Source: Styela clava (taxonomy: Eukaryota). Taken from it: a stretch of DNA of 64,000 nucleotides. The stretch covers positions 6,076,001 through 6,140,000 of the forward strand of contig NC_135256.1 in NCBI RefSeq assembly GCF_964204865.1, given 5' to 3'. The notes beneath the pieces were generated by a model. It did no database searches. It saw nothing but the letters and a program-made list of their open reading frames with translations, and was not told the DNA's origin. The translations under genes and the position numbers were made by a program. Shown in pieces: positions 38,001 to 45,655 of the stretch (within the stretch, counting starts at the first letter, position 1; each line of letters begins with the position of its first letter).

Positions 38001-40573
38001 AACCACTCCAGACTTATTTTAATTTTCTTTCGAGAAATAACACTAGGGCTTATTTTGGGGATGTCAAGGAGAGATTTCTTGCTATCGACTAGGTCAAAAA
38101 ATTGTACGCTTTCGACTGGGTCTTATTTTAAGGTGTGGGGCTTATATTAAAATCATTTTCAAAATTCAGGCTAGGTCTTATTTTCTGGGAAACGCGGTAT
38201 GTTGAAGATTATCCCTGAATCATTGATAAATCATCAATATCATTCAAAATAGTAATTTATAAATTTCAATATTTCAGGACAAGCTGGTTCATGCATGCGT
38301 CGATTCAGTCCAATGCCCTTCTTGTTTTGTAACGTTAACGACAATTGCAGAGTCGCATCAAGGAACGATTACTCATATTGGCTTTCAACACCAGAACCTT
38401 TCCCGATGTCTATGGTGGCTGTAACAGGTAAGTTGACTATATATCAGACATGAGCAAAGTACGACACGCAGGCCAAATCTGGTCATTGGGTAATTCAATT
38501 TGGCCCGCCTGATGCTGCCACAACAAAACTAAAATCAAATTTGATGTTTTACCTAAAAATATCTCGAGGAATTTGTTGAGATTGTGGTTAAATTTAGTTT
38601 TGGCGTGGGGATTATTGTTTTCCACTTTTGCTTTGTAACACTGTAAATATTGTTCATATAATGTACCCATTTATGTCACACTTACATGACCCACCAGTCT
38701 AGGTGGGAAAAATGTTTGGCCCCTGGTTCAAAAACTTTGCCAACCCCTGCCATATAATTTGTAGAAAAAAACCTTGAACTTGAGTGGAATTGCCTTATAT
38801 CTCACTGTACTTCATTTCTATACCTCTTGAACTTCATTTTTATTTATCTTTCTTTTTAATTTAACAGATGGAGACATAGAGCCGTACATCAGCAGATGCG
38901 CTGTATGTGAAGCACCTTCACTAACACTCGCTGTCCATAGTCAATCTGACATCGTACCAGATTGTCCTGATAACTGGGAGAGTCTATGGATCGGATACAG
39001 CTTTGTAATGGTAAGTTGCAAGATTTCTGTTAATGTTTAAAAATTTAATTTTTGCCATGACGACAAAAAATGGCTGTAGCGAATTGGTAAAATAATGTGG
39101 TTTAGTGTGTGCAATTCTACTGGTTCTAGGAAACTTCGCCGCAGATAATTCCTCCGTAGGAAATCTAGAAAAAACTATGTGTGGCCAAACGTTTCCTCTA
39201 ATATTTGGTTTAGAAATGAGCTAAGGGTGTCGCCGACATTTTTTCCTTCTCGTGGGATTCTTCTAGCATCAGGGGGTGTAATTGGTCCCCAGCGGACTCG
39301 TTTGGGGAATTGTTTAAAGTTAACAAGCTCAGGAGGAACAAGCCTGAGGAAATATGAAAAAAGATATGAGTAGCGGTTGAGTGACATCTTTATTTTTACC
39401 TAATGCAAGTTTGAAATTTTCAAAGGTTATTTTTTAGCAGTTATAAAGAAGCGCAATGTTTTCCCCTTAAAAAACAATCTTCTAAATAATCATAGGTCGA
39501 CTTTGTGTACAAAAATACGAACCAAATTTGTATATACAGGGTGTCCATAAAGCCCCTTTACAATTTCAATCTTGTTATGAAGTCAGTTCTCAATATATCT
39601 TAACCAGGCTTGTTGTTTTTCAATCAGTAATTGCTTAAGTATTTTTTCTTCATTTAATACATATGTGAGCGCCGAACAATATATGATATCAATAAATTCC
39701 CGGTCCTCCTGAAGTATGCGCACCAAGATAGCGCACCACCTGAACTCAGGTTGTTTACCAGGTTAGGGTTCAGGTTGTGCGACATCTTGGTGCGCATACT
39801 TCAGGAGTACCAAATTCCCCTTGCAATTTTAAAAATTTTTAAGACTTTATGAACATCTTATATATTTTGCAGCACACAGCAGCAGGCGCAGAAGGCAGTG
39901 GACAATCATTACAATCTCCAGGTTCTTGTCTTGAAGACTTCAGGGCGGCTCCATTCATTGAATGCCACGGGAGAGGAACTTGCAACCAATATGCGAACGG
40001 ATACAGCTTCTGGTTGGCTACTATATCACGAGATCAACAATTTAAGTAAGTTCGTCTTAACCCAAATTGCTGACCCAGAACAGAGGCGGGACTGTGTAGT
40101 TCAAACCTATTTAAGGATATTATTTCCATATATATCCCCAGGCCTGTTATCGACATGCCTTGTAAAAAATGTAAATGGGATAGGCTATATGACTGCAATG
40201 TAACTGAAATGATTTCAGACTTTCAAAACATGATACCTCGCTAAGTAGCAGCTTGCCTGAAGCATTATCACAAAGTTCACAAGAAAGGAAGCTAATATCT
40301 GAATTTTTTTCTGTAATGAATTATGCTGCTTAGATTAAATCATTAATTTTGTGACTGAACGATTGGTCATTAATACATTTTTTATTTTTATTTTTTAGAA
40401 AACCTGTCTCAGAAACGTTAAAGGCGGGAGATTTGAGACAACGAATTAGTCGATGCGTTGTTTGCATGAGAACTCACACTGGTAACGATTCCCCAACAAT
40501 CGTACGTCCTCCAATAAGGCCCCAACCACCACGAGGCCCAACAACAGGATTCTTTGATGAAGAACTTCCGTAA
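8013..40573 (+). CDS. COL4A1: Collagen type IV alpha1-class chain (7S + interrupted Gly-X-Y + NC1), multi-exon gene; signal-peptide exon not located
   Basis: 41 GT-AG exons join in phase into 5232 nt, plus a candidate alternative exon 15699-15794. Contains the 7S motif [15 protein letters not shown], a CxxC interruption and a complete alpha1-type NC1 (TRHSQT...AHGQDLG...[12 protein letters not shown]...IECHGRGTC...TLKAG...SRCVVCMR). Exon sizes 90/45/45/63 and 63/36/42 at the 5' end, and 213 and 173 in NC1, match vertebrate COL4A1/A5 as I recall them. Confidence 0.96.
8478..8567 (+). CDS. COL4A1: COL4 exon: GIPGLVG...GQRGER
   Basis: ttttag|...|gtacgt, 90 nt. Confidence 0.93.
8741..8853. mobile_element. 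Merlin-like MITE, short palindromic form
   Basis: TIR GGTGCTCC / GGAGCGCC; TSD gaaaattg/gtaaattg. Confidence 0.8.
9114..9158 (+). CDS. COL4A1: COL4 exon: [15 protein letters not shown]
   Basis: tttcag|...|gtatgt, 45 nt. Confidence 0.93.
9262..9375. mobile_element. Merlin-like MITE, short palindromic form
   Basis: Family match, inverted ends. Confidence 0.72.
10555..10599 (+). CDS. COL4A1: COL4 exon: [15 protein letters not shown]
   Basis: ttttag|...|gtaagt, 45 nt. Confidence 0.93.
11132..11194 (+). CDS. COL4A1: COL4 exon: [21 protein letters not shown] (conserved 7S Cys and N-glycan sequon)
   Basis: tttcag|...|gtaacg, 63 nt. Confidence 0.95.
11577..11657 (+). CDS. COL4A1: COL4 exon: GETGPRG...GSKGDK
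   Basis: tttcag|...|gtcagt, 81 nt. Confidence 0.93.
11965..12042 (+). CDS. COL4A1: COL4 exon: [26 protein letters not shown]
   Basis: gttcag|...|gtaagt, 78 nt, first interruption. Confidence 0.93.
12298..12504 (+). mobile_element. Tc1/mariner-like MITE (~205 bp)
   Basis: TIR CAG(A/G)GTGTCCATAAA, TA flanks; matches 21371, 26135, 39537, 52112, 52896. Confidence 0.75.
12670..12732 (+). CDS. COL4A1: COL4 exon: GIPGETG...GNPGPP
   Basis: attcag|...|gtaagt, 63 nt. Confidence 0.93.
13316..13351 (+). CDS. COL4A1: COL4 exon: [12 protein letters not shown]
   Basis: tcacag|...|gtaagg, 36 nt. Confidence 0.93.
13627..13668 (+). CDS. COL4A1: COL4 exon: [14 protein letters not shown]
   Basis: atccag|...|gtaaga, 42 nt; close to human COL4A1 GQMGLSFQGPKGDK. 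Confidence 0.95.
14942..15100 (+). mobile_element. hAT-like MITE remnant
   Basis: CAATGGTTCCCAAC...GTTTGAGAACCATTG; internal match to 37206-37445. Confidence 0.65.
15154..15698 (+). promoter_or_regulatory. AG-depleted zone and splicing-regulatory region upstream of exon A
   Basis: Only one AG (GAG, 15503-15504) seen in ~545 nt; TGCATG 15274, TACTAAT 15293, TACTAAC 15376, CCCTAAC 15665, many TGCT. Confidence 0.65.
15699..15794 (+). CDS. COL4A1: Candidate alternative COL4 exon A: [32 protein letters not shown]
   Basis: cactaaag|GGC...CGC|gtaaga, 96 nt, phase 0-0; four Gly-X-Y triplets then an interruption; CCCTAAC branch-like motif ~28 nt upstream; long AG-depleted zone. Confidence 0.8.
17239..17310 (+). 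CDS. COL4A1: COL4 exon B (probable alternative partner of exon A): [24 protein letters not shown]
   Basis: aatcag|...|gtgagt, 72 nt, phase 0-0; four Gly-X-Y triplets then an interruption. Confidence 0.9.
18416..18442 (+). CDS. COL4A1: COL4 exon: GEPGDPGPR
   Basis: aaacag|...|gtatgg, 27 nt. Confidence 0.9.
18862..18915 (+). CDS. COL4A1: COL4 exon: [18 protein letters not shown]
   Basis: tttcag|...|gtactt, 54 nt. Confidence 0.93.
19392..19454 (+). CDS. COL4A1: COL4 exon: GLTGMKG...GPPGPQ
   Basis: tttcag|...|gtacgt, 63 nt. Confidence 0.93.
19667..19714 (+). CDS. COL4A1: COL4 exon: [16 protein letters not shown]
   Basis: ttacag|...|gtaagt, 48 nt. Confidence 0.88.
20615..20936 (+). CDS. COL4A1: COL4 exon: GESGERG...GLPGKP
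   Basis: ccacag|...|gtgaga, 322 nt, phase 0-1. Confidence 0.95.
20976..21190 (+). mobile_element. Merlin-like MITE
   Basis: TSD ttattttc/ctattttc. Confidence 0.8.
21371..21577 (+). mobile_element. Tc1/mariner-like MITE
   Basis: TA|CAGGGTGTC...GGACACCCTA|TA. Confidence 0.78.
21742..22014 (+). CDS. COL4A1: COL4 exon: GAVGNSG...[16 protein letters not shown]...GAS
   Basis: tcacag|...|gtaagt, 273 nt, phase 1-1. Confidence 0.95.
22232..22534 (+). mobile_element. hAT-like MITE (~300 bp)
   Basis: Ends TTGCCCATCCCTG; 8-bp TSD gctgtgat/gctgtggt; homologous to 38445-38749. Confidence 0.78.
22676..22863 (+). CDS. COL4A1: COL4 exon with CxxC interruption ([10 protein letters not shown])
   Basis: ttttag|...|gtacat, 188 nt, phase 1-0. 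Confidence 0.95.
22934..23169. mobile_element. Merlin-like MITE, long palindromic form
   Basis: Perfect 8-bp TSD gaaaagag; GGTAC...GCGCC termini. Confidence 0.85.
23469..23668 (+). mobile_element. Merlin-like MITE
   Basis: Perfect 8-bp TSD cttttagg; GGCGCTCC...GGAGTACC. Confidence 0.85.
23778..23868 (+). CDS. COL4A1: COL4 exon: GSRGPEG...[10 protein letters not shown]
   Basis: ttcaag|...|gtttgt, 91 nt, phase 0-1. Confidence 0.9.
23967..24158 (+). mobile_element. Merlin-like MITE, 5' truncated
   Basis: Family match. Confidence 0.72.
24290..24347 (+). CDS. COL4A1: COL4 exon: GSPGPSG...GLPGR
   Basis: ttccag|...|gtaaga, 58 nt, phase 1-2. Confidence 0.92.
24627..24835 (+). CDS. COL4A1: COL4 exon: DGFDGPMG...GLPGQL
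   Basis: aaacag|...|gtaagg, 209 nt, phase 2-1. Confidence 0.94.
24878..25318. repeat. Minisatellite, ~17 copies of a ~26-bp unit (GGGGTATATTTCCAATATAATTTT-like)
   Basis: Tandem array read directly; explains the repetitive ORF 24978-25307. Confidence 0.9.
25680..25872 (+). mobile_element. tRNA-derived SINE, 5' truncated
   Basis: Matches the 3' part of 55603-55923. Confidence 0.65.
25967..26077 (+). CDS. COL4A1: COL4 exon: [14 protein letters not shown]...GATGER
   Basis: tttcag|...|gtaaac, 111 nt. Confidence 0.94.
26135..26340 (+). mobile_element. Tc1/mariner-like MITE
   Basis: Family match, ends GGACACCCTA|TA. Confidence 0.75.
27111..27313 (+). CDS. COL4A1: COL4 exon: GPPGLEG...GMKGSQ
   Basis: ttctag|...|gtaaga, 203 nt. 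Confidence 0.94.
27883..28033 (+). CDS. COL4A1: COL4 exon: GEPGIGLPG...GSPGRQ
   Basis: tttcag|...|gtactt, 151 nt. Confidence 0.94.
28598..28711 (+). CDS. COL4A1: COL4 exon: GVRGNIG...GLPGLT
   Basis: atttag|...|gtgggt, 114 nt. Confidence 0.9.
29010..29240 (+). CDS. COL4A1: COL4 exon: GATGLQG...GLPGTE
   Basis: atgcag|...|gtatag, 231 nt. Confidence 0.93.
30210..30289 (+). CDS. COL4A1: COL4 exon: GPVGPPG...GLPGLQ
   Basis: ccttag|...|gtatgc, 80 nt. Confidence 0.93.
30380..30580 (-). mobile_element. Penelope-like terminal-repeat remnant with minimal hammerhead-like motif
   Basis: Minus strand CTGAGGA-A-GTCTGA(tcttgg)TCAGAC-GAAA-CGTTA; related copies at ~10780-10935, 34835-35010, 60303-60390, 61665-61745, 62030-62135. 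Confidence 0.5.
30870..30978 (+). CDS. COL4A1: COL4 exon: GEVGPTG...[18 protein letters not shown]
   Basis: ttccag|...|gtgaga, 109 nt. Confidence 0.93.
31617..31766 (+). CDS. COL4A1: COL4 exon: GEPGLWG...GRDGRH
   Basis: tgtcag|...|gtaagt, 150 nt. Confidence 0.94.
31952..32140 (-). mobile_element. Merlin-like MITE
   Basis: Family match ending GGAGCGCC. Confidence 0.75.
32191..32363 (+). CDS. COL4A1: COL4 exon: GTPGQKG...GKSGLP
   Basis: ctatag|...|gtaagt, 173 nt. Confidence 0.94.
32521..32728 (+). CDS. COL4A1: COL4 exon: GKDGLDG...GRDGPP
   Basis: ctccag|...|gttagt, 208 nt. Confidence 0.94.
33425..33710 (+). mobile_element. tRNA-derived SINE
   Basis: B box GGTTCGAATCC at ~33483-33493; body shared with 54603-55165 and 55603-55923. 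Confidence 0.72.
33756..33940 (+). CDS. COL4A1: COL4 exon: GPAGERG...GPVGLV
   Basis: tttcag|...|gtgagt, 185 nt. Confidence 0.94.
34629..34779 (+). CDS. COL4A1: COL4 exon: GRDGPIG...GRSGPK
   Basis: tttcag|...|gtaaat, 151 nt. Confidence 0.94.
35258..35391 (+). CDS. COL4A1: COL4 exon: GSPGAAG...GVTGPR
   Basis: ttatag|...|gtaagt, 134 nt. Confidence 0.93.
36122..36266 (+). CDS. COL4A1: COL4 exon: GLPGLRG...GRKGDR
   Basis: ttttag|...|gtttgt, 145 nt. Confidence 0.92.
36729..36956 (+). CDS. COL4A1: COL4 exon: [17 protein letters not shown]...GRQGPV
   Basis: actcag|...|gtaagt, 228 nt. Confidence 0.94.
37055..37205 (+). mobile_element. SINE 3' fragment
   Basis: Matches the SINE 3' half and its TCCTAT tail. 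Confidence 0.6.
37206..37445 (+). mobile_element. hAT-like MITE remnant
   Basis: CAGTGGTTCTC start; internal match to 14942-15100. Confidence 0.6.
37627..37839 (+). CDS. COL4A1: COL4 junction exon, helix end to NC1 start (...[18 protein letters not shown]...AHGQDL)
   Basis: attaag|...|gtgagt, 213 nt. Confidence 0.96.
38278..38427 (+). CDS. COL4A1: NC1 exon: [18 protein letters not shown]...[24 protein letters not shown] (chloride-site R/D and sulfilimine Met equivalents)
   Basis: tttcag|...|gtaagt, 150 nt. Confidence 0.96.
38445..38749 (+). mobile_element. hAT-like MITE (~300 bp)
   Basis: CAGACATGAGCAAAG...TTTGCCAACCCCTG; homolog of 22232-22534. Confidence 0.75.
38868..39010 (+). CDS. COL4A1: NC1 exon: [17 protein letters not shown]...LWIGYSFVM
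   Basis: taacag|...|gtaagt, 143 nt. Confidence 0.96.
39537..39860 (+). mobile_element. Tc1/mariner-like MITE carrying a nested Merlin-like MITE
   Basis: TA|CAGGGTGTCCATAAAG...CTTTATGAACATCTTA|TA. Confidence 0.8.
39702..39811. mobile_element. Merlin-like MITE, nested
   Basis: Perfect 8-bp TSD aaattccc, single-copy in empty host copies such as 21371. Confidence 0.88.
39873..40045 (+). CDS. COL4A1: NC1 exon: [11 protein letters not shown]...[10 protein letters not shown]...QQFK
   Basis: ttgcag|...|gtaagt, 173 nt. Confidence 0.96.
40399..40573 (+). CDS. COL4A1: Last coding exon: [10 protein letters not shown]...SRCVVCMRT plus C-terminal extension, stop TAA
   Basis: tttttag| acceptor, phase 2; TLKAG holds the sulfilimine Lys equivalent; TAA at 40571-40573. 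Confidence 0.94.
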
Positions 40574-41766
40574 AGCGAACTTTGGACATAAATTGCCAAA
40601 TTTAAATACTATTGCATTGTGGATAAAAATAAAATTATGGGAAGAGAGTTGATGATTGGTAACAGTCATGATATATTTTAAAGCCAGATGAAACGTTTTA
40701 TTTATATTTTCTATTTTCAGGATTTCTTCCTGAAAAGGTTGAAATTTATCGAAAAAAATAATTCACCAAGGACCACAAGCATCTTGTTTTTGCAATTTAT
40801 TTTTCTTCCTTTCTTTCTTTTTTGCTTACATTTTTATATCATCGAATTAAACAGCATAATATGAGCCTTTTCTCATTATTTTTGTGTATTATTTTATGTT
40901 TATTAAATGTTTGTTTGTTCTGTCATTATTTGTTTTGACAATCTTTGGTAACATAGCAGATGACACCGCACAAGTGCCTTCAACTGAAGTGTGGCGTCAA
41001 TTTCATGCCACCATCTTAGAACATAGCAGACACCACACAAGTGCTTTTGTGGCATCAAATTTCATGCCGCCAACTTACAAATTTATTACTTATATATTCA
41101 GTGTTTTAGTATCGTTTCATTGAGTTCTACTGAAGCTTAATTTCAATATCTTGTCTCTTGTACTATAATCAAATGTTAATAATCATTTTTTCATTAATTT
41201 TTGCTAAAAATAGCTCTGAAAAACTGTTTGTTCATATTCAGAGTTGTTAGTATTTACCAATATTCATATTCTTCATATAGAAAAACAAGATTGCGAATAT
41301 TCAACGCTGTCGTTATAGAACCACCAGTCATTCTGATTGGATCGGACAACATTTTCAAATTTTTGTTCGAGTGAAATATCAAAATTCAGAATGATATTGA
41401 AAATTTAAAAAAATGCTCTTTTAACAACAAAAAGGCATCTTTCGGGACAATAAGTTAATCTGTCATATTTACCGTCCTTTATCATTCTTCCACTAACCTC
41501 TGCGTGCTATTAATCACTTTGATTCATTTCCTAATTATTTTCCAAACTCAGCTTAGTGCATTGACTAACACGTGTAATATCTTTATACATAGCCTGATCT
41601 CGATTACCTACTCAATCCGCCAAAATCGCAATTTTGAAACTTGTAAAAAGTGTGGATATAATGAAATTATAGATTTATTAACCAATTTTTTAATCAAAAC
41701 TTGAGAAAAAGTTTTTTTTTGTGATTCATTGACAAATAATTCTTTAATCATAATTTCCAGTAATTC

Positions 41767-41777
41767 AATAAATAAAA
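41767..41777 (+). promoter_or_regulatory. Candidate polyadenylation signal (overlapping AATAAA pair)
   Basis: caataaataaaactgaaaaaaaaaa about 1.2 kb after the stop; an earlier AATAAA at ~40628 is an alternative. Confidence 0.4.
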
Positions 41778-42390
41778 CTGAAAAAAAAAATCATGTTAAG
41801 ATCTAGAAAAATTGATCTTTATCACCGACATATTATCAAAAAAATTTAAGCGAAATAATAATGACGTCACCAAATGTCGTCATACGTCCGTTTCATATTA
41901 ATTTAGAAACATGGATAAATTTTTCAAATATAGTATCATCTCTGTATTGAAATTTGTCGATAATTGTAATCATTTGATATCTATAACATGCTTGTTTGAC
42001 ATCTGCTTTTAAATGATTTGTTGCGTCATAATAATTACGTCGCAATCAACCATTTTCATTCTCTATTACAGTAAACGCCTTCTTTCAACTATATGTATAC
42101 AATTATGCCTTATTTGCATATTTATAACCGAACCTCGATTCCATTGTGGCTCTTTAAATTTGGTCATAGATTATATATTTAGCAAAATCTTTGGAACAAA
42201 ATCATCCTTTATAAATTATAAAAATTAAGTGATTGAGCCAGCTTTAAATTTCTGTTGTCTAAAAAGTAATTTACTCCATTGCTTTCGCTTTTTTCAATAT
42301 TAAATTTCTGTAAAAATTGTGATTTTTTAATGCCCTATGTTGCACTAGTTTGATTTAAATATTTGTGAAGATAAGTGCCATAAAAATTTC

Positions 42391-42589
42391 GGTGCTCCAG
42401 AAGTGTGTGTACCAATATGAAGGTAACTAATTTTGTTCGCCTACTTTACATCAAGTTGTGCAACGGGACTGAGGTATATTCACTTGGCTAACACAAACAG
42501 TCCGCGAACTCGTAATAGAACTAAAATAAGCAAAATCACAATGAAAGTATGGCCTAATTCTAACCTGGTACACATATTATGGGAGTATC
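42391..42589 (+). mobile_element. Merlin-like MITE
   Basis: TSD aaaatttc/aaaattta. Confidence 0.8.
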
Positions 42590-43832
42590 AAAATTTATTT
42601 TTAATCTACCGCATGCCTATCATAATGATCCTAAATGAATTTGCGACGTTAGTACTATACGAATCGTGTCACAACGACTTGCTTTACGTAAACATGGATT
42701 TATGCCTTAAGAAATATAATGAATTTATTTGTACTATTTTTATCTGAAATATTTGTTGAATTTTGGCCAAAATACGTGGCCATTGCTATGTACAACCTCC
42801 ATGTACAAGTTACATACATGGAATAATAATGGATTTGTTTGTCTATCTTTATGTCCGACGTTTGTCTTTCTGTCTTTATGTCCGGTGTTTGTCTGTCGTT
42901 CAAATAGTCTTGTTGTTTTTGTTTATTTTATTTTATTCGTATTACTAGGCTAAGTATTAACTTTATGGATTCGAAGTTTCGTCAGAATATTGTCGGGGCC
43001 ATGTAAAATCAGATATGAGACCTATATGCGTTTATGTTTTGTTTTGAATGTTAAATACATTTGTCCCGAGCATGGCCCGAAATAGAACTTGAAAGCCATT
43101 TTGACTCGAGCCTATTCGGGTCTGAAGGAAAATATTTGATAAAAATGTTATTACAACGAAGCAGCATGTTGTTTTCAATAAAACGTTCTTCTTTATATGT
43201 GAGAACGTATTTTTTCTGTTGAAAAAAGTGGCAGGACATTTTTACTTGTTCATCCCGATATTCTGTTTATTTCAGGGAGTTATTTACATAACATAAATGA
43301 ATAGAACAGAAAAAAAAGTAATGTTAGACAAAAAGGCCTCTAAATTCGAGTTCGGTTGAATCGTGGAAGAAAATCGTGCATTTTCAGAAAAGGGTTCGAG
43401 TTTAAATGGGGCTGTAGTTAGGTGCTCGAGATTTTCAATTTGTGTTATATGGAAAGCTATTTTTAGTGGGTTTTATAGAGTATTCTATTATTGAAGGTGT
43501 TATCTCAGGTACAGTTTGCGATATGGAGTGAGAAGTATTGATATATAGTTAGGTCCTCAACTAGTGGATACAGTAGCCTACCAGCGTTCAGTCAGTCTTT
43601 CATAAACTGATGTTCAACCAACGCATGAGTCGGGATTCACCTTATGATATATTCTCTCGGAATGTCACCTATCTCCTTCTCTCGAAATAGTTCTTGGCAT
43701 GGCAGCGCATCGAAGAAAATTGACATCCTGGTTAGGAAAATTTTTCACTCTGGCTATAACTCTACAACAATTTTTTTACAACAAAAACTTCGAAAAGACA
43801 GAACGCTTAGTAAACTTGATAAAATTCTGACT

Positions 43833-44280
43833 CATTACCTATCGATTTTGATCGGTAATTATGTTGATAGATATTGTCTGTTTGTTTGTTTGTCTGTCTG
43901 TTAGACACTTTCGCATGTTACACGATATCTCACGAAAACGATGTTGAATCTGCTTCATTCTATTCTGCCTCATTACCTATCGATCTTGTTCGGTGAGTAT
44001 GTTGATAGGTTTGTCTGTTTGTTTGTTTGTCTGTCTTTTAGACACCTTCGTATGTTACGCGATATCTCACGAAAACGAGGTTGAGTCTGCTCCAAATTTT
44101 GCATGTACATTCATCATATTTCGGACCAGAAGCGTATTAATTGTTGGATGAATCATGTCGTATGATTAGCGAGTTATTAAATAATTGGTGATGGGACACG
44201 TGGTGTTGCTTATGAGAGAGCGAAGGATACACGTCGCTAGATCGATAAGTCGGCGGTATCTGATCGCTATGTCGTTTATC
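43833..44280 (+). mobile_element. Helentron-associated (HINE/DINE-1-like) element with duplicated 5' end
   Basis: ACCTATCGATC...GATAGGT inverted repeat, (TTTG/TCTG)n microsatellite, 3' GATCGATAAGT plus short stem-loop. Confidence 0.6.
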
Positions 44281-44473
44281 ACTCTTGAGAGCTCAACATG
44301 ACCTCGACTCTGGAAAAATTAGAATTCTGAGTGAGGGGAGTTTGAATATATGACTCTAACTCCAGTGAAGTATGCCCAACTTCGACACCGACTCTGCTGC
44401 TTATGGGAATCTATATATACCTATTTTGGAACACTTTTTTCATCCCTCGCTATGAGTGAAAAGTACTTCATTT

Positions 44474-44687
44474 GGTGCTCCAGAAGTGTGTGTACCAATA
44501 TGGAGGTAACTAATTTTGTTCACCTACTCTACATCAAGTTGTGTAAAGGGACTGAAACCTATGGGCAGGGGATATATTCACTTGGTTAACACAGACAGTC
44601 CCCGCACTCGTAATAGAACTAAAATAAGGAAAATCGGAATAAAATTATGGTCTAACCCTAACCTGATACATATACTACGGGGGTGCC
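44474..44687 (+). mobile_element. Merlin-like MITE
   Basis: Full-length family match. Confidence 0.8.
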
Positions 44688-45483
44688 CTTTATTCAACCC
44701 TTGACTAGTATTTAAGCTGCTATAGTACCGCCCAAAGAGTTACAATGTGTCTATAGATGAAAATTATAGTAATAATAGAGACGAATATTATTATTACTAT
44801 TCACTACAGCAAAATTCTTCCACAAGAATTACTGAATTATTCCCAGGCTGGGAAACGAGGGGTTACTTAGTAATTGTTTCAGAATCTTTCATAATAGCCA
44901 GAGGCATTCGATAATTATGTAATAGATTCAGATTCAGATATTTTATTTTTATCGTGCAGGAATCAATGCAAGAAAAAGGGGCAAGATTGTATAACGGCAA
45001 TATAAAAAATGTAAATATACATATAAGAAATAGCGTCTGAGACTCATTGCAATCGATAGGAGATTCCCGAAGGACTGTGACATTCTTCGGGTCAGCGACA
45101 CCTGTTGGCTGATTATTTTTGAGGAAAATAGACAAACAATATACTAATTTAATAATTCAAAAGTATCACAAAATGAAAATCACAAAATACCACTGGAGTA
45201 ATGAATGACGCAGAAGCGCCCTCGTACACAATATTCTTATTCCATTCTTATTCTAGAACTAATTTTGTTTGGCCCACAGTTAGCGATAAAAGTTACACAC
45301 AAAATTAGATAATTCTTACAAATTTTTTAGTAGTGTATAAATAAACTTAGAATAATAAAATCTGGCCTTTGTTTGCTTTTCAGCCATTTAAATCAGGTTA
45401 ATGATTTACGACTTGGAATATAAATCGGTTGAGTGTTTGGGGATTTAAACCGGTAGCTAGGCTAAGTTAGCAGATGAATTAGA

Positions 45484-45655
45484 GGTGCTTCAGAAGTGTG
45501 TGTACCAATATGGAGATAACTAATTTTGTTCGCCCACTTTACATCAAGTTGTGTAAAGGGACGGAAGCCTATGGACAGGGGGTATATTAACTTGGCTAAC
45601 TCAGACAGTCCCTGAACTTGTAATAGGACTATAAGAAGATAAATCGGAATAAAAT
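45484..45655 (+). mobile_element. Merlin-like MITE, 3' truncated
   Basis: Family match. Confidence 0.72.
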
